A stretch of DNA of 64,000 nt, taken from Hydrolagus colliei. Its lineage: Eukaryota. Numbering within the stretch: the stretch's first letter is position 1; every line of letters begins with the position of its first letter. Positions 26,213 to 40,341 of the stretch are shown here, piece after piece. The notes under the pieces are model-generated. The model made no database searches and was not told the DNA's origin. It was given only the letters and a program-made list of their open reading frames with translations. A program made the position numbers and the translations under genes. The stretch spans positions 47,616,001-47,680,000 of the forward strand of contig CM068745.1 of assembly GCA_035084275.1 (NCBI GenBank), written 5' to 3'.

Positions 26213-26496
26213 ATAATAATATTAATGATAATAATGATAATAATAATAATAATCCTTGCTTTTGATTTCGCACTTTTTGCGAGGATATTTGTGTGCAAAA
26301 TGTGGCAGCCAAACTGTCCCACAAACAGTCATGGATTGAAATGATGAATTGTATTATTGTACGTTTTTTGGGAGGATTATTATTAGGCAAGTGGAATAAG
26401 GAAACTTCCTCAAGGTTTCGCCCTGATCTGCCTGGATTCGAACACACATCTCACGCTTGTAAGGCGGTTGCTCTAACCACTGAGCTACAGGAGCTC
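26213..26496 (-). mobile_element. tRNA-derived SINE with 3' internal deletion and long (ATT)n tail
   Basis: A and B boxes on the minus strand; head-to-head with the next copy. Confidence 0.85.
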
Positions 26497-26554
26497 AGTA
26501 TAATATAATGTAACTCAGGGGTATATACATAATATAATGTGTTTATAACATAAT

Positions 26555-26850
26555 GTTGCTCAGTGCTTAGAGCACTCAACTCCCAAGCAAGAGACCTAGA
26601 TTAGATTTGTGGCAGGGCAAAACATTGAGAACTCTACATGCTTGATAATAATTCCTCAAGAAAAAAACAATAATAAATTGGTCAGTTTAATCCACGACTG
26701 TTTGTGAACACTGCTGTGCTTAATTAGCTGCCGTGTTTCACCCACAAATATACAGTTAATTAATTTTACAATATATTCTGGTGACGCACTTTGAGACGTC
26801 AAGAAGATGTGAAATGCGTTCCATCAAATGCAAGAAATGTTATTATTATC
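26555..26850 (+). mobile_element. tRNA-derived SINE (diverged)
   Basis: gctcagtgcttagagcactc...atccacgactgtttgtg...gagacgtcaagaagatgtgaaa...attattatt. Confidence 0.85.
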
Positions 26851-28825
26851 ATTCTGCTTTGTATCTCCTCCACTTCATCAATAGTTGAAAATTCACTTGA
26901 TGTTGTATATCCAGAATTCTACACAATATTTTGGATACTATGCATCCAATGCATGTGCTTCCTATTTTTATTTCAGGAATGCCAATAAAGTCACTTTTTT
27001 TCTGGGTTGAGGCATGGAAATAAGTGACATCTCTTTAAGGATGTGTTTGGCTCAAATGTGACAACCCTCTGTGGCAGTATTGGTTTCCGAGTTAAGCAAG
27101 TCCACAGTACTACAAGCAACTATTGATGAAAGACCAGACCAGCAGTTCTTAGAGGAGCAGAACAGTCATTTGGGGATTGGGTTTCTTCTCATTTGACACC
27201 TGTTTGAGGCTTGTTGCTGTATGGGTTAACTGATCCTCATCGCTGCTTTTCAAACCTGGTCTACTTCCCTCTGCAAACAATAGTTTCCCCAAAATGTATT
27301 GGTAAATAAACTATTGTGTCATATACATTATTTGTTCAATATAGCACAAACCTCTCCTGATTTCTCTTCATTGTTAGATTGATATTTACCAATATAGTAT
27401 TTTTGAAACATATATGAATTGCATTATGTTAGCAAGTGATGTTAGTTTCAAATAATCAATATATTTTTAAAATCTTCTAATCTTCAATCACTCTGGGAGC
27501 CTCTTAATTTTAAAACCATGCCTTTAATTCTGTTTGATTGTCACAGTCAAATGCTTCAGTTACATATGCATCATCTATGCTTTTAATCATTCTAAAGACT
27601 TCTGGATCATGAGGCCTCTTCACTCACTTCCATGATTCTTTCATTGTCTAATGAGAACAAGTTCAGTGAGGCTTTTCTCAAACTTCAGCGATATTAGTTT
27701 CAGGATCAGCCTTGTTGCTCATCTCCAAACCCACTGCAATATTTCAAAGTCCGTTTGAAGGCAAGGTACTCAGAACACTATGCACCGTTTTGATCATGAT
27801 CTGGGAGCACAGTTTGAATCCGATCTTTGATTGCTACATCCTTATAGCTGTTAAAATATTCAAATGTTCTATCAAATAAGGTTTGCACAAAATGAGATTT
27901 TGCACATTTCCAGCCCAGAATATTAAGTGCTATAAGAAAAATGAACAAGACTATGTAATACATGTGCATGACAATGTAATACATGTACATGAGAAAACTG
28001 AGCATGACTCTATTAGTACTCTCATAGTACTAAGAATAGATTGAAGAAGTATAAAAGTTACTTGGTACCTGGTGCAGGATTGATATTTCTGTCAGATGAA
28101 AATAAATAATGATATAAATGATAATCGTGTAAATAAAATAAGAATAAATAACTATGGTGCAACACATATTAGTGAAGTATGCTCTTTTTTTCTTGATGGT
28201 AAATACAGGTAGTTTGTTCTGCTTTGTTCCATTATCAGTGACCTTGCTTTGTTTTCTGGGCTGAAGTAAGTTTTACGTATCAATGCAACAACAGCAATGT
28301 CTGTTTAGAAAACCATCTTCTCAATGTGCTTCACAGAGATAGGGTTGCACAACCAGCGAAAAGGAGGGGGATAGGGGAAGTGATTGTAATGTGGTTGAAG
28401 AGGTGAGTTTTTTAATAGGCAGGCTCCTATATTAATAAAATTTACAATTTGAAGAAGCCAAAACCTTAATAGTCCTGAATGCAGATAAGATAATTCAGGA
28501 ATGTTTTATCTACTAAATAATACCCTTAATGACCGATTTGAGATTGAACAGTCACTGACTTCAGAATAATGAATCTTCCTGTAGTCTTTTCAAAATTGAA
28601 TTGTGGTTATCTTTCTAATAATAACAACAATCATTTCATTCAATATGGTGTCTTATCATATATTTGAGACATCTCAAGGAATTTGACATGATTTTGCTGT
28701 GATATAAGGATAAATAAGGATACTATGAAATACAGTAATCAAATGAAGTTAGATACAATAATAAATATTATTAATATTTTTATTTTAATTATTGCCTTTC
28801 ATGACAGGAGAATATCTCAAACTAC

Positions 28826-29322
28826 GTTTCGTGACCACATCACTCCCACACTCACCTGGCTCCATTGGCTCCCCATCCCCCAGAGGATCCAACTCAAGAT
28901 CCTCGTCCTCACCTTCAAGGCCATTCACTGCCTTCCTCCCTACTATCTCTCCGACCTGCTGTCCACCCTACAAACCTCCCCGCCCCTTCCATTCAGTAGG
29001 CTCCGGCCTGCTCCATGACCCCCATCCGACCCGCCCTACCATTGGTGGACGGGCTTTCAGCCTCTCTGCCCCCACACTCTGGAACCCCTCCCACAGTCGC
29101 GTTGCCTCATTCCCTCACTTGCCTCCTTAAGGTCGGTCTCAAGACCCTCCTCTTCGTGCCTTCTTTTGCTCTCCCAACTCTCTTCCTCCCCTCATAACTC
29201 TCTCCCTGCCCTCCCCCCTACCCTGCCCCTCTCCCTTGCTTGGGTCCTTACCTGACTGATCAACGCCTTGGGACATCCTACTGATGTGAAAGGCACTCTA
29301 TAAGTGTAATTTTGTTGTAGTT
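28826..29322 (+). mobile_element. 5'-truncated L2 LINE
   Basis: Encodes RDHITPTLTWLHWLPIPQRIQLKILVLTFKAIHCL; L2 3' tail present. Confidence 0.9.
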
Positions 29323-29324
29323 TT

Positions 29325-29656
29325 GTGGGCCAAGACAGCAACCAATTTGCACACAGCAATGCCTCAAAAACAGTCGTGAAATGAATAACCAATCTTATTT
29401 AGATGTTTGTTGGTCAGGACATCAGTAGAAACTCTCTTCTCTTTTTGAACACCAGCATGGGATCTTTAAAATCAACCTGAACTGGCAAACAGAACTTTGG
29501 TTTAAATTCTCTACCAAACTTTGTCACCTCCCGGCAATGCAACACATTGTCATTGTCGCATTGGAGTGTCATTTGGGACTGTGAATTCCAAGATCCAACA
29601 TGAGGTCTGAACTCGCAATCTTCTGATTCAGGGGCAAAAGCGGTACCATGCTGACA
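29325..29656 (-). mobile_element. Old Deu-domain SINE
   Basis: catgggatctttaa...ggtttaaattctc...gaactcgcaatcttctgattcaggggcaaaag is the reverse of the old SINE consensus seen at 40340-40770. Confidence 0.6.
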
Positions 29657-32344
29657 TAATAGTTTTTAATATCGTGTGGAATCCATGGAATGTGGGCTCT
29701 CCAATCACAAATAGTTGATCAGGACAGCGAAAAAAGCTTGTTTCTTAGGTTTCAGATCTTTCACATCCTGCTGAACTGAGTGAGATCACAATCAACCTTA
29801 AATAGGACCAACTGCTCTCCAAAGAGAGCCTGAAATCTCTTGTATTGAATTGATACTTCATTCGCTCATTTTGATTTTCAAAATTAAGGGGACAATCATC
29901 AGAAAATTTAACAAAAAGATACAATGATTATGGTATCACTAAAATACTGACAATCTAATACAATGGCCCAGATGGATTCTAATAAACCTGCATGAGCAAG
30001 CATGTACTTTAGTCAAATAGTTCCAATGCAAATACATTCTAATGATATTGGCCTGGGGATCCTCTGCTTCAGTCAGCGAAGCTACATTAAGATTTCAGTC
30101 ATATGCTATGAGGAAGCTATCATAACCTTGAGCCTTTACCTACTGATCTTTTGTTAGTTAGTAGAGAGGCAAAAAAACAAAATCAAGCCATGGCTGGATC
30201 AGAAATCAACTGTCTCCCATTTCACACCAGTAAAGAAACCAAATATGACAAATGGACAAGCTCAGTAACTTTATATTAATACTTAATAAATAGCCATTTA
30301 AATGACAGGAAGCAAAAATAATTTTCTATCTATCCTGTTGAACCAATTCCTACTAATGGAATCCTTTTTAGTCTTTTATCTTATTAAATTAATATATTCC
30401 ATAAAGTGGGTACATTAAATATAGAAATGTTTCATAGTATTATTAATTTATATCTAATTACACTATGATATTCTCCAATATAAATGTCCAAGAGGTACAA
30501 GGTAAAAAAAAACATATCCATTAACAGCTGCAAAAGACTCATTACTGTATTACAGTACTAGGAAATATTACTTAACAGCCCAAGTTGCATGCAGAAGTCT
30601 TCTGCTTGTTCTATTTCATAAATATTTCATTGTGGAATACTGCAAGTTAATATTTCAGATTTAAAAAAAATATGTTTATTCATTTAATAGGAACAAGCTG
30701 CACCATCTTTGGAGGCTGCGGTATAAATATCATGCTAATTTAATAACATTATCATTGCAGAAGCCTGATCTTACATTTTAAGTCTAAATTTAGAATCCAA
30801 TTTAATGGATAGACATTATCAACAATGAGAAGGATGCTGCAGCACACATAACTGTGTACCATTTCAATTTTGCAAGGTTAGGCTGAAGAGGGACAGATGC
30901 AGAAAACAAATAGATGACTTGAGTATACAAACTATTTGTTAACTCATTTTTATGTTAAACTAATTGTGTGCATCTGCAAATTCAAATGACCATCATCGGG
31001 TGGGTTGTTGTAGAATTATCTTTGAATTTCGCATTGGATTTTTACAACACTACATGTGGAAAGTACTTTTTGCCATCAAAAAGACTGAAAAGCAGCATTT
31101 TATAGTAAGCAGAAAGCGGAATACAATGCTCATTTATAATTACGCTAGTGTCAACCAGGGACACAATTCAATTTTATTTGCTCACAGAAAGGCTAAAGTT
31201 AACAGTGACCAGGGTTAAGACACGTCTGATAGTTTCAAAAGAATGTTCAATTACATGAGTTGTTGTTGCTTTACACCGGGAGGCAGCAGCAAGCACTATA
31301 TGAAGATCACATACAATAGTCACTAGTCATTTTCTGTCTGGCTTTTATGTGTTTACAACTTCCTCAGGCAAAAGAACGATGGTATAAATGTTTAAATCTT
31401 TTTGTTAATAGATCAGAAATACTAGTTGTCCTTCTAGGAAACTTAAGAGCCACATGTTGTATGCTACAGCATCTATCAGTTAAATGTATTATTTAGAACA
31501 AATTTACATATGGAAACAAGGTCAATTAGAAAAAACATTTCAAGTATTATATACAATGGTGGGCAAACTATTACAGGAAGTATTAAAGGCAATAGAGGCG
31601 AAGGGTTTCAATAATTGCAAATGTTTTCACTGGAGCTGATAAGGTCAAACTCTGTATAAAAAAACTGTGATCAGATCGAGGTCTTCTTCAAGATTATAAA
31701 GGGTTATAATAGGATAGATAATTTGGTCAGGTCTGTTTTGGGGACGCTGCTTTGTGCAATTGGCTCCTGCAAATCGGCCAAACATATACAGTCAATTCAC
31801 TTTACAGGATGTTCTGTGAAGTGCTTTGAGATATCTAGACGACATGCAAGGATTGTTATATTATAATGTTAGATTATTTCCCCTGGGCAGTGAATCAGAA
31901 ATAAAAAATAATTTAAAATCAATTTAAGGTAACCACAAAATGAATTAAAGGAGAGATTAAGAAGAAATAATCCTAAATAATCCTTGACTGCATTTGATAT
32001 GGCATATTTCACATTAGGAGGAAATCTTAAGGTTTACTTAAAGTGTAGTGACTGGGTATTTTGTCAATGAACGTAGCAATGTTAAAATCTCTAAAGAAGA
32101 TGGTTAGAATGTAAATTTTCTGCGACAAACCAAAGATAGATTGAATCCCAATTCATGCTATTTTCCTGTGCCTTTCCATAAATCCTTTCGAAAGGAAATG
32201 AGATAGAGGAGTAATAAAATATGGAGAGCAAGTGGGAATTCATATTAAATTGGCTTCCTGAGAAAAAATACCAGCACAAACATGCCTATTTCTGTAAGAA
32301 CAACTAAACAACCACATGCCTATTTCTGTAAAAACAACTAAAGC

Positions 32345-32885
32345 AACAAAATTAACTATAACAACAAACATAACAAAGTTAGATTCATAGTGTGCCTATC
32401 AAGTCAGGAGGGCATCCCAAAGCACTGAACAGTGAGGGATCATGATCCAAGCATGGTGCTGAGTGGGTGAGGGGCACAGTTCGGATGAGGCAGGACACAG
32501 AGTTAGGAGGGCGGCTGAAGGCATGGTTGAAATGCAGCGTCTTGAGATTGGACTTGAAGGAGGCAATGTAGGAAGCAAGGCAAAGAGATTATGGAGTGGA
32601 GTTCCAAAGCATGGGGGCAGAGAGGCTGAAAGCTTGGCCGCCAATGGTAGGGTCGGTCGGGAGCCATGGAGCAGGCCCAAATCTACTGAACGGAGGGAGC
32701 GGACAGGTTGATAGGGGCTCAGCAGGTTAGAGAGGTAGGAGGGGACAAGGCCATGGAGGGCATTGAAAATGAGGACATGAATCTTGAATTCTATCCTCTG
32801 AGGGATGAGGATCTAGTGGAGCCAGTCGAGAGTGGAGGTGATGGGGTGATGGAGCCTGGTGCAGGAATGGACATGTGCTGCAGAG
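32345..32885 (-). mobile_element. L2 LINE 3' fragment
   Basis: Reverse-strand L2 tail (caggagggcatcccaaagcactgaacagt) and ORF2 end (cagaggatagaattcaagattc). A 34-bp tandem duplication lies just left of it (32279-32345). Confidence 0.85.
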
Positions 32886-32959
32886 TAAGTAGCATTCTAA
32901 GATGTATTGAGAATCAGACAGCAACATAATATGTGGTACTTTTACATCATCTCATCTAG

Positions 32960-33250
32960 ATTAACACTCCAATGTAGTTCTGAGTGTGCGCTGCATTGTA
33001 AGAGGTGCCATCCTTCAGATGAGATGTTAAATTGAGGTTGCATCTACCTGATTGGGTGGATGTTAAAGATCCCATGGCAAAATTCTGAAAAAAAAGAGTT
33101 ACTCTCAGTATCCTGGCCAATACCCCTCCCAAGTTAGACATTGGTCATTTACTCCATTGCTGTTTGTGGGACATAGCTGTCTGTAATTTGACTGCCATAT
33201 TCACCCACAAAATGTACGGTCACTCCAATTTACAGTACATCCTTTAAAGA
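32960..33250 (+). mobile_element. Old Deu-domain SINE, 5'-truncated
   Basis: gaggtgccatccttcagatgagatgttaaattgagg...gtggatgttaaagatcccatggca...tcctggccaa is the Deu-domain core. Confidence 0.75.
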
Positions 33251-33864
33251 GATTTGATTTATGTTAGATTGATATGCCTTAGTATTATTTTGTGATTCAA
33301 TTACTGTCAATAATATGTTTTAACTTAAGGATTTAACTTGTGTAGAAGTATGCCATTTCAACAACGATAAACACTTAACCTAAAATTGCAATATACACAC
33401 ACACAATTTATGCTATCAAAAAATGTGTTCCGTAACAGAATACCGTGTGTTCAGTTGATTTCTTTCAAGCCCTGAGAGAAGATCTCAAGTACAGCTCAAT
33501 GTCAAGTGAGTTGATGAGACCCAGACCCAAGCAATTATTACTTTCAATTATTATGTTGGATGAGTCAGATGTCACACTTTCACGAGCACAGTAGAATTGT
33601 TGAATTTTAAGTAAAGGTAAATCTTCATAGTAATTGAAAACTACAAGGAAACATGATTTGGCACTCTTACAGCTGCATTTCTCCAAATGTCAAGTGAGAT
33701 ACTGAATCTTGAAGTAGCATTACCATTTTGTTACTGGTGCATGCCAATGAAAAAATAAGGATGTATCTCAGAAACCTGGCAATGCACTGTATAATTAAGT
33801 CATGAAATGTGAGCTGTCTCACGTGATTCATTATATGGTAAAATGCCATCTATATGGCCTGTTA

Positions 33865-34498
33865 CAGAAGTATAAACTGAAGTTAGCTACTTTATCTACA
33901 ACTGAATAGGGCTTTGGTGAGACTGCACATAGAGTGCACATAGAGTGTGCAGTTTTGGTCTCCTTATTTAATAAAGGACATACTTGCCTTAGAGGGGGTG
34001 TAGGGTAGATTCACTAGATTAGTTCCTGGGATGAAGGGACTGACCTATGAGGATATGTTGAATAAACTAGGGCTGTGTTCTCTGGAGTAGAGAAGAATTT
34101 GGGGAGATCTTATTGAAACATATAAGATTCTTAAAGGGCTGGATAAATTAGACAGTGAGGGACTGTTTCCCCTGATAGGAGAATCTATAACCAGGGGTCA
34201 TAATCTTAAAATTAAGGGTCAGCCTTTTATAGCAGAGTTGAGGAAACATTTCTTCACTCAGAGTAAATTTATGGAATTCACTACCCCAGAAGGCTGTAGA
34301 TGCTCAGTCCTTGAACATTTTCAAGGCTGAGACTGATAGATTTTTGAAAAATAGAGGGATTAGGGGATATGGGGATAGGGCAGGTAATTAGAGTTAGGTC
34401 AGAAGATCAGCCATGATCTTATCAAATGGCGGGACAGGCTCAAGGGGCCGAATGGCCTAACTCCTGCTCCTAATTCTTATGTCCTTATGTTCTTATGT
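33865..34498 (+). mobile_element. 5'-truncated CR1 LINE
   Basis: Encodes CR1 ORF2 C-terminus (VQFWSPYL.KDILALEGV..RFTRLVPGMKGLTYED...GDLIETYKILKGLD); tail tcttatgtccttatgttcttatg. Confidence 0.92.
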
Positions 34499-35163
34499 TT
34501 ATCAGAGGGAGAGGTGAAGGTTGAGTCAACCTGAACCACTTTTGTAAACCTGCTAACAACTCACCACCAATATCATTAATGAAAGAATCATCCCGGTCAT
34601 CTATTTACAAGGGGATATTATCTAGCGCACAGCACACAAGAAAATCCAATGAGTTGCAGCTAATACAACAATATATAATTAAATACAGGATTATATGCTG
34701 TTTTATTTTGAATCAAAGGATAAATTTAAATCTGGAAAATGGGATTACTACAATGTTGGATATGTTCACAGCTGACTGCATATCAAGGAATTGTGTTTGT
34801 ATCATTGATGACATTTTGACTGGGCATGATGATAGTTTTGTTACATTCTCCTCTCCTTTCCTTACACCCATTTATTTTATTTTTATTTTCCTCTTCAAAA
34901 CTAATATTGATTCTGCCTCAACCATTGTTACAATACAGCATACCACCCCCAAACAACATTCAGGATAACAAAAAGTCTCCTAAATGGTTCTTTATTAATT
35001 TGTTAATTATTTTAAATATCTGCACTCAAATAACTGGTTTATAAACCAGTGAAAATAATTTCTATCCTTTTTTTTGCTCAGTTGGGAAACTCATTACCAT
35101 GCTTAAGTATTGACACAAAACTGAGAATTCCATGCATCCCACCTACAAATGGGATTATCTGGG

Positions 35164-35477
35164 GATAATAATCCTTCTAAAAAAAAACAATACTTATTTG
35201 GTCACTCAATCCATGACTGTTTCTGGGACACTAATGTGACTGCCACGTTTCACTCGCAAATATACAGTCAATTCACTTTACAGTATATTCTGTGAGACAT
35301 CTCTATCCCGATCCCACAACACTCCCCACCAACTCAGGTCCCGACCTGACTGTTCAGCGCCTTGGGACATCCTCCCGACGTGAAAGGCTCTCTATAAATG
35401 TAATTTTGTTGTTGTTGCTGTTGTTGTTATCTGGAAGATGTGAAAAGTGCTATATCAAATGCAAGTATTATTATTAT
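35164..35477 (+). mobile_element. SINE 3' half with nested L2 tail (35303-35428)
   Basis: SINE breaks after gagacatct, an L2 tail with (TTG)n follows, then atctggaagatgtgaaaag resumes; ATCT duplicated. Confidence 0.85.
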
Positions 35478-36177
35478 CAAATGGAAACCCAAGCGATAGA
35501 TTATTGCAATAGAATGCACACTCTCTCCCTGGAAGGATGAATCTTACTTATTCAATTCCGAAAAGTATTTGCCACAGGTTGTCAAAAGCCAAGGCTTGGG
35601 GACTGAAGAGTGCCCATTAGATACAGCTGGTGTTTAAACCATCCATTTGCCTTATGAAACCCTTTATTTTTTAAAGAAAACACTATCAATTCTACTGTCA
35701 CCCTACTTTTTCTATGGACACCAGCTCCAGTTTTGGCAATCTTTCCTTGTACAAAAAATCTTTAATTTCTCATAAAATGCAATCTGTTGTTGTCATACAC
35801 CCTTTCTATGGTATTGTCAACAATCCTATTGTGGGATTCCAAAATCTGGATACAATATTTCAAGTGTCACCTATCTAATGATGTATGCAAGCTTAACATT
35901 ATCCCTTTGATTGTACAGTATATGTCACTAATTATAAAATTTAGGATTGAATTAGTTTATTTTTTCTACTTGTCCTTGTACCTCTAAGGATTTGGCATAA
36001 ATGAATCCCTAGATCTCCCCTCTTTTAAAGATTGGTATGCAATATCCCCTAGATCTCTCTATGCTTCCACTTCATTTGATGTTTTACCATTGAGTGTGTA
36101 TTTCCTCATCTTATTTTTCCTCCCTAAAATGTACCAACTCATACTTTCCTGCATTAAATTTCAGACCCCATCCATCT

Positions 36178-36345
36178 GGAGTCCTGTCGCCTAGCGATTA
36201 GAGCACAGGGCAAATGGGAGACCTGGGTTTGATTCCCGACAGGGCAAAATATTGGGCAAGTTTCCTAACTCTACACACCTGATAATAATCTCTCAAGTAA
36301 AAAAATTACAATAATTTGGTCACTCAATTGTATGTGGGACAATGT
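36178..36345 (+). mobile_element. tRNA-derived SINE, 5' part
   Basis: ggagtcctgt...gacctgggtttgattcccgacagggcaaaa...gggcaagtttcc. Confidence 0.75.
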
Positions 36346-36789
36346 GTTTGTGGGTCCATGAACTTTGACTCACTTTCCTTTCTCCATAGATGCTGTCAGA
36401 CCAACCATTGTTTCCCAGGTATGCTCTTTCCTTTCCAACTACTCGCTCTACAATCACCTCAAATTGGGTTCTCACATGACCCATAATACAGAAACAGTAT
36501 TGGTCAAGTTACAAACGATGCTTTGTCCACCTGTGACCAGGGATCACAGGTGGTAATATCTCTCTGCGCCATCAACTCTCTATCTCCCTCCTCTCAGTGG
36601 GCTCCAAACTGCTCCACTTTTCCCGTACTGCCGTCCCCAACATTGACAAATGATCCTTCTAATTAACTTTGTGCCTTCAGGTTAGGAGCATGTCCCAAAG
36701 TTTTCACGTAATTTATTGTAAACTAAAGTAACTGTATGCTTTGGTGGCAAAAAACTACAGCTAATTTGCATAGACCTTTTTGCCTACTC

Positions 36790-37015
36790 CCTTTGGAACA
36801 GCATCCCATGGTCCATTCACCTTGGCCCTCTCCCTTGCCCCCTTTTAGGCTCATACCAAGAACCATCATTTCAACTGTGCCTTTAGTCACCCTCTCTGCC
36901 CTCCACCCCTCCTGATCCCAACCACCAACTCGGGTGAGAATCCTCAACTGTTCAAGGCACCTTGGGACATCCTCCCTACATGAAAGGAGCTCTACAAATG
37001 TAATTTGTTGTTGTC
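36790..37015 (+). mobile_element. Old L2 3' fragment
   Basis: aactgttcaaggcaccttgggacatcctccctacatgaaagg...aatttgttgttg. Confidence 0.7.
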
Positions 37016-37289
37016 CAAGCATATTACTTACCAAACCAACTAACCGGACAGATATCCTGCTGCAATAACTATGCCAATGCTTCTCTTGATCAGACTCCAA
37101 GCTACATATATCTAGAAATTACATTTTCTAAATACTGTACAACATTTAAATGAGAATTATATGTGATTCACTAATTAACATAAATGATGCCAATTAACTT
37201 AGTGTTGAATAATGTGTTTCAATAACAAGCAACACATCAACTGTGGGTGTACACAAGGCAGTCTTCCTGTGAGGCCTTAAGATACTTCT

Positions 37290-37523
37290 TTTGGCTACCA
37301 CAAATATACAGTCCATTTTCCTACTTTCCTTCCGCCAACCACAACCCCTCCCCCACTGCTCTGGTCCCTACCTCTTCTCCCACCTTTCTTCACTCTTGGC
37401 TTCTCCCTCCCGCCCTGCTCTGGTCCCAACCTGGGACGTTGGTATATTCTATGAAGCGCTTTGAGACATCGATAAGATGTGGAAAGTGCTTTATAAATGT
37501 AAGGCTTATTATTATTATTATTA
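37290..37523 (+). mobile_element. Variant SINE with C/T-rich linker (same family as 12895-13200)
   Basis: cacaaatatacagtccattttcctactttccttcc...gctctggtccctacctctt...tgggacgttgg...gtggaaagtgctttataaatgtaagg. Confidence 0.8.
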
Positions 37524-38685
37524 ATACCATTTATGAGATTGAAGGGAACCATTTCCTACACACCCGCAAACAAGTTCATCCATCAATTATTATGAGATCA
37601 CTTTTTTTTCAAAGCAAGCGAGTTCTTATTGTTGTTGATGTTTCTGATCACCTCTGATTAGCTGGTACCACAATCAACAAAGTCCAAACATTTTGTATTT
37701 GTTAAATATAAATTTGTATTGTAACTTTCCTGAAACAAAACCATTAAAAAACAAAACTTTGCAAAATAAAATTAAGTAAATCTGAACCAACTTTTCGCAC
37801 CAGGTTATTTTTGAGTTGATAAATTGCAGATTCTTTGGCATCATTGGAAATAAAAAGCCTAACAAAACTTTAAACAGCAACACCTCTCCTGATTCCAAAC
37901 ACCAGCTTGGTGCAGATACCTGACTGTACAATACATTGAGAAGTCCTCCTGATGTGAAAGGTGCTATAAAAATGTAATGGGTTGATGTTGTAATAATAAC
38001 CCTTCTATTTGATATAGCACCTGCAGGTGGAGAACATGTCCCAAAGCGCTCACATGATTTATTGTATTCTGGAGTGACTGTGTACTTTGGAGGCAAACAC
38101 AGCTGCTAATTTGCATACAGCAATGTCTCACAAATGGTAATCAATTGAGGATAGAGAAAATGAAGTAGAATTTGAATAATGCTAAAAATGGATAATTCTT
38201 AAGCAAATATTCATTTTAGTTTTCTGCAGTGACCCGACATATTTTATACAAATATACATTTCCTGCTCCTGTCTTGTCTCCTGTGTACCAGTCCTCTCTG
38301 TGGTTGTGTTGGTAAACTTCTCTAAGGCTAGGGAAACTATTTTGCTGCTGTTCAGTGTATCTGTTCTTCCTACAGTCTACTTAGCAATTAAATCAATGTG
38401 CAAGCACCAAAGGCCCAATCAACATCAAATTATTGCGAGATATAATCTCCACAAACTGTAATACTTTGGAGATTTTTGCTTAAATTAATAAGAATATGTT
38501 ACCGCAAGAAATAATGGGAATTTTAAAGCTAGAAATTATAAGTGGCAAGGCCTCTCTATTATATGTATGCATGAAGGTCACTTCTGTCAGAAAGTGATGG
38601 AATGGATTTGAGATAGGTGGAGAATGTGTAAATGGCTAATGTTGAGAAGTTCTCAGTCAAAACAAAGAAATATGAAAAGGCCACT

Positions 38686-39010
38686 ATAATAATAATTCTC
38701 GCATTTTATATTGTGCTTTTCATTCTTCTAGATGTCCCAAAGTGCTTCACATAATATACTGTAAAGTGCATTGACCATAATTTGTGACTGTATATTTGTG
38801 GGCAAAATGCGACAGCCAATTGTGCACAACGGAATCCCAGAAAAAATCGTGGATTGAAGTGACCAATTTATTATTGTTCTTTTTTTCTGGAGAGATTATT
38901 ATCAGGCATGTGGAGTAAAGAAACTTGCCCAAGGTTTTGCCCTGCCGGGGATCAAACCCAGGTCTCTCACTTATGAGGTGAGTGCTCTAACCACTGAGAT
39001 ACAGAACTGC
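38686..39010 (-). mobile_element. Full-length tRNA-derived SINE
   Basis: Complete head-core-tail on the minus strand. Confidence 0.88.
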
Positions 39011-39107
39011 AAATTATCCTATTGAGCCTGTTCCATTGTTTCATTAAAAAAGTACAAATTGTAATCCCAATTTTTCTCTACATTCCTTATCTTCTAAGAA
39101 TTTAACT

Positions 39108-39203
39108 ATCTCCTCGGGTCCCGACCAGACTGTTCAGCGTTTTGGGACATTCTCCTGACATGAAAGGCGCTATATATGTTCAATTTTGTTGTTGTTGTTG
39201 TTG
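39108..39203 (+). mobile_element. L2 3' tail
   Basis: ctcgggtcccgaccagactgttcagcgttttgggac...(ttg)n. Confidence 0.85.
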
Positions 39204-39444
39204 TCTCAAAGCTCTTCACACAATATGCTATAAAGTGAATTGATTCTATATTTTTGGGTGAAATGCAGCAGCCAATTGTGCACAGCGGTGTCTCACATAC
39301 ATTTGAGGGATTATTTTTTCATTTGAGGGATTATTATCAGGTGCCTGATGTAAGGAAACTTGTCAAGGTTTCACCCCGCATGGAATTCAACCCAGGTCTC
39401 TCGCTTGCAAGTCAACGGCTCTAACCATTGAGCTACAAGACTCC
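39204..39444 (-). mobile_element. tRNA-derived SINE truncated at its 3' stem by the L2 tail
   Basis: Head ggagtc at 39444; ends at gctttgaga abutting the (TTG)n of the L2 tail. Confidence 0.8.
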
Positions 39445-39624
39445 ACATGATGTGAAGTAAAGTGCTGAGTGCATATAACAATGTGACTGTCAGTATGCAT
39501 AGATATCAGCATTCCAGTGAGAAAATTAACATTATGGCTGGTTTGCGATAGTCGATAACCAAATCTATTATTTGCAATATTTATTGCTAATTTCAATTTG
39601 TGAAATCACCTTGTTTACAATCAT

Positions 39625-39995
39625 GGTTCTTACATTTAAAGAGCTCTGTGACCTTGCTCCCCCGATCTCTGCAACCTCCTAACCCCGACCAACCTGTCCA
39701 TTCCCTCCGCTCAGCGGGCTCCATCCTTCCTCATCACGTCCCCCATCATTGGTGGGTGGGCCTTTTGCCATTCAATCTCTGGAAATCCACCAGGTAATAC
39801 CTCTGCCTCACCACCTCCCTTGCTTCCTTCAATAACTGTCTCCTCTTGAATCACTATCCCCAAACCTTTCCCCCCTGCTCTCCATCCTCCCGATACCGAC
39901 CGCTAGCTTGGGTCCAAAACACTGACTGTCCAGTGCCTTGAGATGTCTTCCTGACTTGAAAGGTGCAAAGCAAATGTAAATTTGTTGTTGTTGTT
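39625..39995 (+). mobile_element. Old L2 3' fragment
   Basis: ccctccgctcagcgggctcc...tgactgtccagtgccttgagatgtcttcctgacttgaaagg...ttgttgttg. Confidence 0.7.
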
Positions 39996-40341
39996 CAATT
40001 CATATCTGCTCTCCCAAATCAAAAAAAACAAAATGACTGTTGAAATATATTTTAGGTGGAAAAATCAAGTGTTTGTAATGTTTACAACTTGGGATTGATG
40101 ATCTGACCAAAATGTAGTTTGAAATTTGGAAATTATAAACCAGAAGTTGCAAGTAGTGTCACAAATAAAGTCCTTGATGTCCTTTAGTATCAGAAATTTG
40201 ATTCCTAGAATCATCTGTGTAAGCCAAAAGACAAGTTTTAGTCATGTACAAGCAAGGAGAACTTAGAAATCTTCAGATTCTTCAATCTATGCCAAGACAG
40301 TAAAAAGAAATATTTGTGCAATTTATTTTTTCAATTGCTAT

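Noticed and set aside
36350-36412. Fourth hammerhead candidate
   Set aside because: Only the downstream part of the Penelope-like repeat remains; both catalytic boxes are lost.
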